A DNA stretch of 64,000 bases from an uncultured SAR86 cluster bacterium (GCA_902617045.1 CACMVA010000002.1:100014-164013); one strand, 5' to 3'; shown: positions 16,874-25,906, counted from the stretch's first letter. Notes: generated by a model from the sequence alone, not told the origin. Made by a program: numbers and translations.

Positions 16874-18259
16874 TTAATTATTATCTTTTATAAATTCAAA
16901 AATTGAATTATCAAATGGGCTTAATTTAAATGAAATTTCTTTCTTATTTAGAACCTTTTGCAAATTTTTAGGTACGTTGGTTAAATTAATATCAGCTTTT
17001 TCGAGAGCATTTGGAAATTTAGCTGGATGAGCTGTTGCTAAGATAATTGTATTATTTTCTAATCTATCATTAAGCTTAGTTACCGCATCAGCAGCTACAG
17101 CTGTATGAGGATCCATTATGTAGCCTGAATTTTCGAAGTATGTTTTCATGCATTTGAATGTTGAGTTATCATCAATGCTATAGCTCAAGAAAAGACTTGC
17201 TGACTTTTTCCAAATGTCTTCATCTAATCTGATACTTTCTGTAGGAAATTTAGAGTATAAATTCAAGCACTTATTTGAATCCCTATTGAGGTAAAAATCA
17301 TAAATTAATCTTTCAAAATTGCTTGCAACGCTAATATCCATGCTTGGTGAAATTGTTTCACTTACCTCGTTTTTAGAATAATCATTATCTTTAAAGAACC
17401 TATGTAAAATATCATTGCTATTAACTGCAACGATTATTTTTGACAGTGGCATTCCCATTTTTGAAGCTGCGTAGCATGCAAACACATTTCCAAAGTTGCC
17501 TGTTGGAACTGAAAAATTTAATGGTTTTGAAAATTCATTTGCTTTTAATGCAGTATAAAAGTAATAACATATTTGACCTATGATTCTCACCCAATTTATT
17601 GAATTGACTGCCAAAAGATACTGGTTGTCTTTAAGGAAAGATCTATCTTTAAACCCCTTTTTTACAACATCCTGACAATCATCAAAAGTTCCACTTGCAA
17701 GAATGGGAAAAACATTTGATTTATCTACAGTAGTCATCTGTTTTCTTTGAATCTCTGACATATTGCCATCTGGTATAAGAATAAAGCTTTTAATGGCTGT
17801 AAATTCTTTGCATGCATCAATCGCCGCTGATCCGGTATCACCAGAGGTGGCACCAAAAACAATGGCAGTTTTATTTTGATCTACCAATGTTTTATTAAAG
17901 AACGCGGCTGCAAGTTGTAATCCAAAATCTTTAAATGCTGCGGTAGGGCCATGAAACAACTCAAGTACAGACAGAGATTTATTTATATCAACAATTTTTA
18001 AATAATCTTTTTCTTCAAAGTCATGCCAAGTGTTATCTAATACCTCATGCACTTCATCTTTTGAAAATGATGAATCTGTGTACATTGGCACAATATATTT
18101 TGCTACATCAATAAAAGATTTAAGACTTTTTAAGTGGTCTAAGTCCACTTGAGGCCAAGAATTAGGCATAAATAGACCGCCATCATCTGCTAGACCTTGC
18201 ATCAAAACCTCTTCAAATGTCTTGTTATTATCATTACCCCTTGTGCTATGAAATAACAT
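16874..18259 (-). CDS. thrC: threonine synthase (long form)
   Basis: 461 aa with the PLP-lysine motif HGPTAAFKDFG. It is downstream of hom. Confidence 0.9.
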   Translation of the reverse strand: MLFHSTRGNDNNKTFEEVLMQGLADDGGLFMPNSWPQVDLDHLKSLKSFIDVAKYIVPMYTDSSFSKDEVHEVLDNTWHDFEEKDYLKIVDINKSLSVLELFHGPTAAFKDFGLQLAAAFFNKTLVDQNKTAIVFGATSGDTGSAAIDACKEFTAIKSFILIPDGNMSEIQRKQMTTVDKSNVFPILASGTFDDCQDVVKKGFKDRSFLKDNQYLLAVNSINWVRIIGQICYYFYTALKANEFSKPLNFSVPTGNFGNVFACYAASKMGMPLSKIIVAVNSNDILHRFFKDNDYSKNEVSETISPSMDISVASNFERLIYDFYLNRDSNKCLNLYSKFPTESIRLDEDIWKKSASLFLSYSIDDNSTFKCMKTYFENSGYIMDPHTAVAADAVTKLNDRLENNTIILATAHPAKFPNALEKADINLTNVPKNLQKVLNKKEISFKLSPFDNSIFEFIKDNN

Positions 18260-18260
18260 T

Positions 18261-19520
18261 TTATTGTGGTTCGATCCTGATAGACCTTATTTTATTTACT
18301 GAATCCAAATCCAGAAGATTATCAACTAATTCTTGATAGTCTTTTTCTTTAAAAGGATCTGTAATAATTATAATTGGCACTAAGTCATCGTTAAGATTTT
18401 CTTTTTGACTTATTGACTCAATGCCGGCACCTTTATTTTCAAAAATAGATGAAATTGAATCGATTACATCAGATAAATCACTAACTTCGATATAAAAATA
18501 ATATTGAAAGTCTAAATCAATAAAATCAAATAGCTCACTGCTCTCATTAGCATTATTAACTTCTTTTATTTTTGAATCTGATAAATAAATTAAGTCAGAA
18601 ATAACACCAGAAGCCGTAGCTTCCTGTCCAGCTCCAGATCCTGCAACATGAAGAGTACCCAACAAATCAGTTTCTACTTCAATGCCATTCCTAACTCCTT
18701 TTAAGTTAGCAAGATATGAATCAAGCTTCACAAGGGATGGATGTGCTCTTAAGTCAATTGAATTTTTCATTGATTTTGCAATTGCAAGATGTTTGATTGT
18801 GTAACCCATTTCATGGGCATACTTAAAGTCATCTTTATGAATTTTATTAACGCCCTCAATATAAAAATTTTTTGGTGGCAAAGAACTTCCAAAGGCAAGT
18901 GAGGACAAAATACCTATTTTGTGAGCGGCATCTGTACCTTCAATATCAAATGAAGGATCAGGTTCAGCATATCCCTTTTCTTGAGCTAGTTTTAGAGTTG
19001 GTTCAAATTCCATTCCCTCTTCCATATTGGACAAAATATAATTAGAGGTACCATTAAGCATACCTGAAATTTTAGAAATTTTACTAGCAGCTAGCTCCTG
19101 ATTGAGAAGTTTAATTATTGGTGTGCCTGCACAAACAGAAGACTCATATAGTAACTTTACTCCGTTTTTGTTTGCTACTCTAAAAAGCTCATCTCCGTGA
19201 TTGAATATAACTGCTTTATTAGCAGTAACTACATGTTTTTTAGCATTAAGTGCTTTAAGAATTAGATCGCGAGCAACGTCAACACCTCCGATAAGCTCAA
19301 CAACAACATCAATGTCATGATCTATGACTTTAAAGATATCTCTTTCTATAGTTACATTACCTGGATCACATTCAGGATTATCTCGTCTTGCCCCGATTAC
19401 AATAATTTCAATTTCTAGATTACCTCTTTTTTTAATTTCTTCATGATTCGTTTCAAGAGTTCTAAAAAGACCAGTAGCAACATTTCCCCATCCACATATT
19501 CCGATTCGTAACTTATTCAT
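18261..19520 (-). CDS. hom: homoserine dehydrogenase
   Basis: 419 aa with an N-terminal NAD-binding motif (IGICGWGNVATG), a catalytic domain and a C-terminal ACT-like domain. Confidence 0.9.
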   Translation of the reverse strand: MNKLRIGICGWGNVATGLFRTLETNHEEIKKRGNLEIEIIVIGARRDNPECDPGNVTIERDIFKVIDHDIDVVVELIGGVDVARDLILKALNAKKHVVTANKAVIFNHGDELFRVANKNGVKLLYESSVCAGTPIIKLLNQELAASKISKISGMLNGTSNYILSNMEEGMEFEPTLKLAQEKGYAEPDPSFDIEGTDAAHKIGILSSLAFGSSLPPKNFYIEGVNKIHKDDFKYAHEMGYTIKHLAIAKSMKNSIDLRAHPSLVKLDSYLANLKGVRNGIEVETDLLGTLHVAGSGAGQEATASGVISDLIYLSDSKIKEVNNANESSELFDFIDLDFQYYFYIEVSDLSDVIDSISSIFENKGAGIESISQKENLNDDLVPIIIITDPFKEKDYQELVDNLLDLDSVNKIRSIRIEPQ

Positions 19521-19522
19521 TA

Positions 19523-20317
19523 TTAACTCTTTAGTTTGTTTAGCAAATCTTCTGGTGAATAATATCCAGGCAAAAGTTCGCCTTTGCTTGTAATAATTGC
19601 AGGAGTGCCTGTAATACCCAATTGTTTTCCAATTGCATAGTGTTTTGCTACGGGTTGAGATTCACAAAATTTAAGTTTTGGCTCTTTCCCATCTTTAAGA
19701 CTGGTGAGGACTGTTTTTGTATCCTCTGAACACCATGCACCTACCATTTTCGTAAAAGTATCAGTTCCCAAGCCTGATCTTGGAAATGCAGCATATCTGA
19801 CGCTGATTCCCAAATCATTATATTCTTTTATTTGTTTATGTAATTTTCGACAATATCCACAATCAACATCTGTAAAAACAGTTATATCGAACACTTGATC
19901 TTGAGACTCAAAACTAATAAGACTATCTTTTTTTATATCTTTCATTAAAGATAATCTTCTTTTGGCTACATCTAGGTCAGTAATATTTTCTATGACAGGA
20001 TAATTGGTGTATGCTGCTCCAAATTCATTTCCTCCAGTCATAATATTTTTTGAGTTTATTTTGAACATGTTTCCATATATAAAATATGTGCCCTCCTCAG
20101 AAACATAAATTGGTTGTATATCACCGTAAAATACTTTGTATATGCCGGGGAATTCAGATTTTTCTATAGATACAATATTTGATCCTTCTGGAAGAATTAA
20201 AGAAATTTGATTTTTAATATATTCAATTTTTCTTTTTTCACTAAAATTTGAGAGTTCCTCACTAATTGAGTTTAAAGAGATTACTAAAGTTATAGCCAAA
20301 AAGTAGCCTTTCATCAT
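19523..20317 (-). CDS. dsbC: thiol:disulfide interchange protein DsbC
   Basis: CGYC active site (DVDCGYCRKLH) and a signal peptide starting MMKGYFLAITLVISL. The start is trimmed from the ORF-track 20353 to 20317, just after the xerD stop. Confidence 0.8.
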   Translation of the reverse strand: MMKGYFLAITLVISLNSISEELSNFSEKRKIEYIKNQISLILPEGSNIVSIEKSEFPGIYKVFYGDIQPIYVSEEGTYFIYGNMFKINSKNIMTGGNEFGAAYTNYPVIENITDLDVAKRRLSLMKDIKKDSLISFESQDQVFDITVFTDVDCGYCRKLHKQIKEYNDLGISVRYAAFPRSGLGTDTFTKMVGAWCSEDTKTVLTSLKDGKEPKLKFCESQPVAKHYAIGKQLGITGTPAIITSKGELLPGYYSPEDLLNKLKS

Positions 20318-20318
20318 A

Positions 20319-21206
20319 TTAGCCCCTCGGATGATGTTTTTTAAGAACATCACTTAACCTTTGTTTTGCTATATGAGTATATATTTGAGTGGTTGATAAG
20401 TCACTATGACCTAAAAGAAGTTGAACAGATCTAAGATCAGCCCCTCTATTTAGTAGGTGTGTTGCAAAGGCATGTCTGAGAGTATGTGGAGATATTGAAT
20501 TTTTCAAATTCTCCCTTATTAGATAGACCTTCACTCTTTGCCAAAAAGCAATTCTACTCATTTTTTTTCCTCTATTTGAAAGAAAAATTTCCTTTGATGA
20601 AGATTGTTCTCTGTCATTTAAATAAGATTTTAAAGAATCTAGAGCTGTTTCTCCAAAAGGAACTAATCTCTCTTTAGATCCTTTCCCAAAAACTTTTACT
20701 ACACATCTTTTCATATCAATATCAGTTATCTTTAGATTTACTAACTCAGATATTCTCATGCCTGTAGCGTATAACATTTCAATCATTGCCTTATCCCTAT
20801 TTTCAATTTTATTTGTTACATCGGGACTGTTAAGTAATTTATCAACTTCAGCTTCTGACATAGACTCTGGTAAATATTTCTCTTGCTTTGGAGTAACTAA
20901 GTCGTTTAGAGGAGAATTTTTTACAAAATTTCTTTTAACTAAAAATATATAAAATGATTTGATTGATGATATTTTTCGATTAACTGAGGAGCTTCTCATC
21001 TTCCTTTTAAATAAAAATGATATGTATTGATTGATATGGTCTTCTTGAAGATTTTTATATTTAAGATCTTCATTATCTAACCATTGAAAAAAAGATGAGA
21101 TGTCGGCTTCGTATGCTTTTACTGTATTATTAGAAAGTCCCTTATCAACTAAAAGATAATTCAAAAAAGACCTAAGATTAGAATCTTCCTTGTTAGATGT
21201 TTGCAT
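20319..21206 (-). CDS. xerD: site-specific tyrosine recombinase XerD
   Basis: 295 aa with catalytic motifs HTLRHAFATHLL and LLGHSDLSTTQIYTH. It is adjacent to dsbC, as in E. coli and Pseudomonas. Confidence 0.85.
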   Translation of the reverse strand: MQTSNKEDSNLRSFLNYLLVDKGLSNNTVKAYEADISSFFQWLDNEDLKYKNLQEDHINQYISFLFKRKMRSSSVNRKISSIKSFYIFLVKRNFVKNSPLNDLVTPKQEKYLPESMSEAEVDKLLNSPDVTNKIENRDKAMIEMLYATGMRISELVNLKITDIDMKRCVVKVFGKGSKERLVPFGETALDSLKSYLNDREQSSSKEIFLSNRGKKMSRIAFWQRVKVYLIRENLKNSISPHTLRHAFATHLLNRGADLRSVQLLLGHSDLSTTQIYTHIAKQRLSDVLKKHHPRG

Positions 21207-21210
21207 TTTA

Positions 21211-22098
21211 TTATTCTAGACGTTCTTTGATTCTTGCAGATTTACCGGATCTTTCTCTGAGATAAAATAGCTTAGCCTGACGAACATCACCTTTTCTTTT
21301 TACTTGGATAGAATCTATCATTGGGCTATGAGTTTGGAATGTTCTTTCAACACCGATTCCACTTGAAATCTTTCTCACTATAAAAGAGGAGTTTAGTCCA
21401 GCTTTTTTTACACCCATCACGACCCCTTCAAAAGCTTGTAATCTTGTTCTTTCTCCTTCCCTAACTTTCACAGATACAACAACAGTATCTCCTGGTCTGA
21501 ATTCAGGAAGATCAGTTTTCATTTGTTTTGATTCAAATTCATTGATTATTTGAGAAGGTGTTTTCTCTTCTAAAGAAACTGAAAGCGCCTCTTCAGCAGG
21601 TGCTTCTTCTTCAGCAGGTGCTTCTTCTACAGGAGCTGCTTCTTCAGCAGGTGCTTCTTCTTCTACAGGAGCTGCTTCTTCAGCAGGAGCTGCTTCTTCA
21701 GCAGGTGCTTCTTCTTCTACAGGAGCTGCTTCTTCTACAGGAGCTGCTTCTTCTTCGGCTGGAGTATCTTCGTCAATAGATTCTTTTTGACTAGCAGCAG
21801 ATTCAGCCATTACTGTTGCTGCATCATCAACTGCGCTTGGTGATGGTGATTCATTAAAATGAATATCCCAAGCATCTAATAATTTTGCTTTTGTTAGATT
21901 GATATCTAGCTCAAGTCCATTTTCTTTTGCTACCGCAACTATGTCAGCTTTTTTCATTTTGTTAAGAGCTGATTTTGTAGGAATTTCTCTAGTATCTTCT
22001 ATCCTAGTTTCTTCTTTTTTTGGTTCTTCAGGCGCAGATGAACCACCAAATAATCGGGAAAAAAAACCTTTTTTCTTGTTTTCTTTACTATCACTCAT
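21211..22098 (-). CDS. rplS: 50S ribosomal protein L19 with ~180-aa N-terminal extension
   Basis: The C-terminal ~115 aa are canonical L19 ([47 protein letters not shown]). An in-frame 180-aa N-terminal region has no stop and begins 19 nt after the trmD stop. Confidence 0.85.
   Translation of the reverse strand: MSDSKENKKKGFFSRLFGGSSAPEEPKKEETRIEDTREIPTKSALNKMKKADIVAVAKENGLELDINLTKAKLLDAWDIHFNESPSPSAVDDAATVMAESAASQKESIDEDTPAEEEAAPVEEAAPVEEEAPAEEAAPAEEAAPVEEEAPAEEAAPVEEAPAEEEAPAEEALSVSLEEKTPSQIINEFESKQMKTDLPEFRPGDTVVVSVKVREGERTRLQAFEGVVMGVKKAGLNSSFIVRKISSGIGVERTFQTHSPMIDSIQVKRKGDVRQAKLFYLRERSGKSARIKERLE
21586..21765 (-). repeat. GC-rich tandem coding repeat (A-P-[AV]-E-E units) in the rplS extension
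   Basis: Imperfect 15-21-nt units (gcaggtgcttcttc / ggagctgcttcttc). A higher-order 54-nt duplication is visible: cagcaggtgcttcttcttctacaggagctgcttcttc occurs at ~21646 and ~21700. Confidence 0.85.
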
Positions 22099-22117
22099 AA
22101 TATTCGCCTAAAAAGGG

Positions 22118-22849
22118 CTATAGGATAGCCTTAGATGACCATTCTTCCAAGAGTTTTTTTTGTTTTTTTGTTAATTTTATTTTTTTAAGTAAATCAGGTC
22201 TTTTTTTAAATGTTTTAAGTAATGACATCTCAGATTTCCATGCCTTAATCTTTTCGTGGTTTCCAGATAATAATACTTCAGGAACCTTGTTAGAATCAAA
22301 AATTTCAGGTTTTGCATAAACATCTTCTTTGAGTAATCCATTAGAAAAAGTATCTTTCAGATATGAATCCTTATTTCCAAGAGTTCCTGGTAAATGTCTT
22401 GAAATTGCATCAATTAAACATATTGCTGCGTACTCTCCACCACTCAAAATAAAATCTCCTATTGATACTTCCTCATCTACATAGTTATCAATTACTCGTT
22501 GATCAATTCCCTCATATCTTCCGCATATTAATGTCATATTTTTGAGTTTAGATAATGAAATTACTTTTTTTTGAGTTAGTAATTGTCCCTGTGGTGACAT
22601 ATAAATAACTGGTCCAAGTTTTCTTTTATCAATACTTTTAATAGTCTTAATCAATGGTTCTGCCATAATAACCATACCTTCCCCACCTCCGTATGGCTTT
22701 GAATCAATGTTTTTATGCCTATTAGTAGCGTTTTTTCTTATATCAAAAGGTTTAATTGACAATATGTCTTTTTTCATGGCTTTTGAAATCACACCAGAAT
22801 TTAAAATTTTAAATATTTCTGGAAAGATTGTTAAAACATTTATATTCAT
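22118..22849 (-). CDS. trmD: tRNA (guanine37-N1)-methyltransferase
   Basis: Motifs MNINVLTIFPEIF, GRYEGIDQRV and SIGDFILSGGE. The start is trimmed to Met18 of the ORF-track call, just after the rimM stop. Confidence 0.9.
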   Translation of the reverse strand: MNINVLTIFPEIFKILNSGVISKAMKKDILSIKPFDIRKNATNRHKNIDSKPYGGGEGMVIMAEPLIKTIKSIDKRKLGPVIYMSPQGQLLTQKKVISLSKLKNMTLICGRYEGIDQRVIDNYVDEEVSIGDFILSGGEYAAICLIDAISRHLPGTLGNKDSYLKDTFSNGLLKEDVYAKPEIFDSNKVPEVLLSGNHEKIKAWKSEMSLLKTFKKRPDLLKKIKLTKKQKKLLEEWSSKAIL

Positions 22850-22850
22850 T

Positions 22851-23372
22851 CTAGTAATCACTTTGCCAATAAACTTTAAGGACTCTTTCTTTCTTATCAA
22901 CAGAGTCTATAAATTTTTCTTTTATAAATGGTATGAGTCTTTCTTTTTCGTCAACAGAATCAGGTGTTGGTTTAACTATTAAACAATCATTAGCACCAAA
23001 GTTATTAAGTTCTTTCACTTCTCCTAAAATTTCATTTTTATTGAGTCCAATTACGATCATTCCTTTTAAATCATGCCAATATACCTCATCAGATTTAAGC
23101 TCAGGAAGATTTTCAGAAGAAATGTAAAGCTTTATGTTGGTGTATTCTTTAATTTCATCAACACTATCGACGTTTTTTAGTTTAGCTAAAAATTTTGAAT
23201 TAATTTTTTTAATGTATTCGATTGATAATTTATTTTCATTATCTATAAAAATATCATCAATATAGTTGAGAATATTTTCCTTTGGAGAGCAGAATGAGTT
23301 TAGGAAAAATTCTCCCGAAAGACCTCTAGGTTTTCCTATATTAGCAATACAAACTTGTTTATTTTTTTTCAT
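22851..23372 (-). CDS. rimM: 16S rRNA processing protein RimM
   Basis: The [12 protein letters not shown]-terminal motif and a length of ~173 aa fit RimM. The start is placed at ATG 23372, overlapping the rpsP end by 14 nt. The ORF-track N-terminal 47 aa are an alternative-frame reading of the rpsP repeat. Confidence 0.85.
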   Translation of the reverse strand: MKKNKQVCIANIGKPRGLSGEFFLNSFCSPKENILNYIDDIFIDNENKLSIEYIKKINSKFLAKLKNVDSVDEIKEYTNIKLYISSENLPELKSDEVYWHDLKGMIVIGLNKNEILGEVKELNNFGANDCLIVKPTPDSVDEKERLIPFIKEKFIDSVDKKERVLKVYWQSDY

Positions 23373-23955
23373 CTTCTGAAGAATCATCTTCAGCTGGAGG
23401 TTCTTCTTCGGCTGGAGCTTCTTCCTCTGCAGGTGCTTCTTCTTCGGCTGGAGCTTCTTCTTCGGCTGGTGCTTCTTCCTCAGCTGGAGCTTCTTCCTCT
23501 GCAGGTGCTTCATCAGCAGGTGCTTCTTCTTCGGCTGGTGCTTTTTCAGCAGGTGCTTCTTCTGCAGGAGCTTCCTCAGCAGGAGCCTCTTCAGCAGGAG
23601 CCTCTTCAGCAGCAGCTTCCTCAGCTTCTTTTGCTAATTTTTCTGCTAATGCAGCTTTTTTGGCAGCAGCTTTAGCCTTTTTTGCTTCAACTTTTGCTGC
23701 GAATTCCTCTGGTGTTAATTTAGCTTCTTTAATTAGCGCACTAACCCTTTCACTAAGTTGTGCACCCTTTGATACCCACTCATCAATTTTTTCGAGATCA
23801 ATTCTAAGTCTTTCCTCTTGCCCATTTGCTGTTGGATTAAAAAAACCCAATCTTTCAATAAATGCTCCGTCTCTAGGACGTCTTTCGTCAGCAACAGTTA
23901 TAAAGTAATAGGGATTTTTCTTTGCCCCACTCCTTGCTAATCTTATTATTACCAT
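23359..23955 (-). CDS. rpsP: 30S ribosomal protein S16 with ~120-aa C-terminal extension
   Basis: The N-terminal ~80 aa are canonical S16 ([35 protein letters not shown]). A Lys/Ala-rich segment and an acidic APAEE repeat tail follow. Confidence 0.9.
   Translation of the reverse strand: MVIIRLARSGAKKNPYYFITVADERRPRDGAFIERLGFFNPTANGQEERLRIDLEKIDEWVSKGAQLSERVSALIKEAKLTPEEFAAKVEAKKAKAAAKKAALAEKLAKEAEEAAAEEAPAEEAPAEEAPAEEAPAEKAPAEEEAPADEAPAEEEAPAEEEAPAEEEAPAEEEAPAEEEAPAEEEPPAEDDSSEDEKK
23389..23625 (-). repeat. GC-rich tandem coding repeat (E-E-[E]-A-P-A units) in the rpsP tail
   Basis: Repeated gctggagcttcttc / gcaggtgcttcttc units. This is the same unit family as in rplS, 1.6 kb away. Confidence 0.85.
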
Positions 23956-24058
23956 ACTAAAAAATATTTAAATTTGTTTAAAAAGATGTGTATTTTAGGG
24001 TAACCTTGCTAATATTGATAGTATTATTATGCAAAGTTTTAATTAATCTTATTTTTTA

Positions 24059-24625
24059 ATGAGTTTTATCGCCCAAGTAACTATAAGTATAGTTATATAC
24101 TTTATTATTAGATTCTTTTATCAAAAAGAAAAATCTTTGTATTTTGCTGGATTTATAGCAGCATTTTCGTATGTTTTAATTTATTTGGCGACTTATGAAA
24201 TTATAAGTATTATGCCTACTATTCATTTTATGGTAACTGGATTAAGCCTACTTTTCATATTTATCGCCTACAATGAGATTATTATTCTAGAGAGGAAAGT
24301 AAGAAAAGTTAAAAAAGGTGAGTTAATAAACATTGAGCCTTTCTCTGTTGAAAGAAACTACAAAATCGTATTTAAACTTCTTGGAATAGGATTAATTTTT
24401 CTATCATTAGCTTTAGTTTCAGGATTTACTTTGCAAACTATTTTTACTGCTAATTTATTATTTAAAGCAATTTTCACATTCATTGCTTGGATTATATTCT
24501 TAATAACATTTATTGGCGTTCAATATGCAAATTTCCCAATTAAATATGCAACAAGAAGCCTATTTGTATCAATGTGGGCTGTCTTAGGTGCGTATTACAT
24601 GAATTCATATTTGGTCGGTTCGTAA
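24059..24625 (+). CDS. ypjD: inner membrane protein, YpjD-like (cytochrome c assembly family)
   Basis: 188 aa and polytopic. The position, divergent from the rpsP operon and directly upstream of a yfjD-like gene, mirrors E. coli ypjD-yfjD. Confidence 0.5.
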   Translation: MSFIAQVTISIVIYFIIRFFYQKEKSLYFAGFIAAFSYVLIYLATYEIISIMPTIHFMVTGLSLLFIFIAYNEIIILERKVRKVKKGELINIEPFSVERNYKIVFKLLGIGLIFLSLALVSGFTLQTIFTANLLFKAIFTFIAWIIFLITFIGVQYANFPIKYATRSLFVSMWAVLGAYYMNSYLVGS

Positions 24626-25881
24626 TGCAAGAAGATCCTTCGTTAATAGTTCTTTTTTCAACATTAATATTTTTATTAATTCTTAGTGGATTTTTTTCTG
24701 GTTCAGAGACTGGAATGATGGCTGCGAATAAAATAAAGTTAAGAAACTTATCAAAAAAATCTAAAACTAGTGCTAAAAGAGCTTTGGATCTTTTGAAAAG
24801 ACCTGATCAGCTACTTTCTGCAATATTAGTTGGAAATAATTTTGCCAACATTTTAGCTTCGGCAATTGTAACTATAATGATGCTTAATTACTTTGGAGGA
24901 AACGTTGTTCTTGGATCAATAATCTTAACGATTGTGATTTTAATTTTCTCAGAAATTACTCCAAAGACAATGGCTGCTATAAAACCTGAGAGTTTTGCAA
25001 CTAGATCATCTTTCATATTAAATATTCTTGTATACATTTTTAAACCTTTGATATTTCTTACAAACTTCCTAAGTAAGCAAATTCTAAAAATATTTAAATT
25101 AGATGCCAAAGATGCGACATTAAATGAAAATCTCAATACCGAAGAACTTAGAACACTTCTTGAGGAATCTGGAGAGCTAATTCCAAAACAATATAGAAAA
25201 ATGCTCTCCTCAGTTCTTGGTATGGAAGAATTGATTGTTGAAGATATTATGATCCCTGCTTCAGAAATAATTGGTATCGATGTAAATATGGATTATCAAA
25301 ATGCAACAAAAATTATTCAATCAACTGAATATACAAGACTGCCAGTCTATAGAGACTCTATTGATAACATGATAGGTGTGCTTCATCTAAAAGATTCTCA
25401 TGCATTTCTTAAAAAATTTAATGAACAAAAAGACATAAATAAATTGCTTCAAAAAACTTATTTTGTATCTCAGTCAACACTGCTAATGAAACAATTGAGG
25501 GAGTTCTTAGCTAGTAATCAAACCATTGCTCTTGTTGTTGATGAATATGGAGAGATTGAGGGCCTAATATCAGTTGAAGATATTTTCAAAGAAATAACAG
25601 GTAAATTTGGCGGTGATAAAGAGGAGCTTGAAAGAGAATTTATTAAATTAAAAGATGGGTCTATATTAACTGATGGTAATTCTAAAATAAGGGATTTAAA
25701 CAATTATGTTAATTGGGAAATTCCTGAAACAAACTCAAAAACAATAAATGGGTTAATAACTGAATATCTTGATCAAATTCCTCAGGCTAATTTATGTATT
25801 GAGATAGATAATTATAGATTTGAAATTCTCGAGTTAGAAGATAATTTAATTTCAAAGATTAAAATAAAAAAAGGGAGCTAG
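24625..25881 (+). CDS. yfjD: DUF21-CBS-CorC/HlyC family membrane protein (CorB/YfjD-like)
   Basis: N-terminal TM DUF21 region (SGSETGMMA), a CBS pair and a C-terminal CorC_HlyC domain. The start is taken at the ATG in the TAATG overlap with the upstream stop (Met18 of the ORF-track call). Confidence 0.75.
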   Translation: MQEDPSLIVLFSTLIFLLILSGFFSGSETGMMAANKIKLRNLSKKSKTSAKRALDLLKRPDQLLSAILVGNNFANILASAIVTIMMLNYFGGNVVLGSIILTIVILIFSEITPKTMAAIKPESFATRSSFILNILVYIFKPLIFLTNFLSKQILKIFKLDAKDATLNENLNTEELRTLLEESGELIPKQYRKMLSSVLGMEELIVEDIMIPASEIIGIDVNMDYQNATKIIQSTEYTRLPVYRDSIDNMIGVLHLKDSHAFLKKFNEQKDINKLLQKTYFVSQSTLLMKQLREFLASNQTIALVVDEYGEIEGLISVEDIFKEITGKFGGDKEELEREFIKLKDGSILTDGNSKIRDLNNYVNWEIPETNSKTINGLITEYLDQIPQANLCIEIDNYRFEILELEDNLISKIKIKKGS

Positions 25882-25889
25882 TGCTCCCT
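25862..25889 (-). terminator. rho-independent terminator for the 25907..26542 gene
   Basis: A 7-bp stem AGGGAGC/GCTCCCT (25872..25889) is followed on the minus strand by a T-run (complement of 25862..25871). It is embedded in the last codons of the convergent yfjD-like gene. Confidence 0.6.
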
Positions 25890-25906
25890 AGAAAACTCAA
25901 TGAATC

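Noticed and set aside
20318-20353. N-terminally extended ORF-track starts that overlap upstream genes: dsbC 20353, trmD 22900, yfjD-like 24574, ampG 30297, sdhD 51128
   Set aside because: In each case an internal ATG sits at or next to the upstream gene's stop (ATGA/TAATG-type junctions) and restores the canonical N-terminus or signal peptide. The extra residues are read-through of the neighbour's 3' end.
21558-21779. Plus-strand Leu/Gln-rich ORFs (21558..21779 and 23355..23675) antisense to rplS and rpsP
   Set aside because: These are low-complexity antisense readings of the GAA/GCN-rich repeats. The repeats keep several frames open by composition alone. No start context or independent signal is present.
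23373-23513. Lys-rich repeat N-terminus ([22 protein letters not shown]...) on the ORF-track rimM call, which looks like a basic repeat domain
   Set aside because: It is the rpsP acidic repeat read in another frame on the same strand, fully inside the rpsP CDS. RimM homology begins at ...[14 protein letters not shown], and an ATG at 23372 gives a normal ~173-aa RimM.
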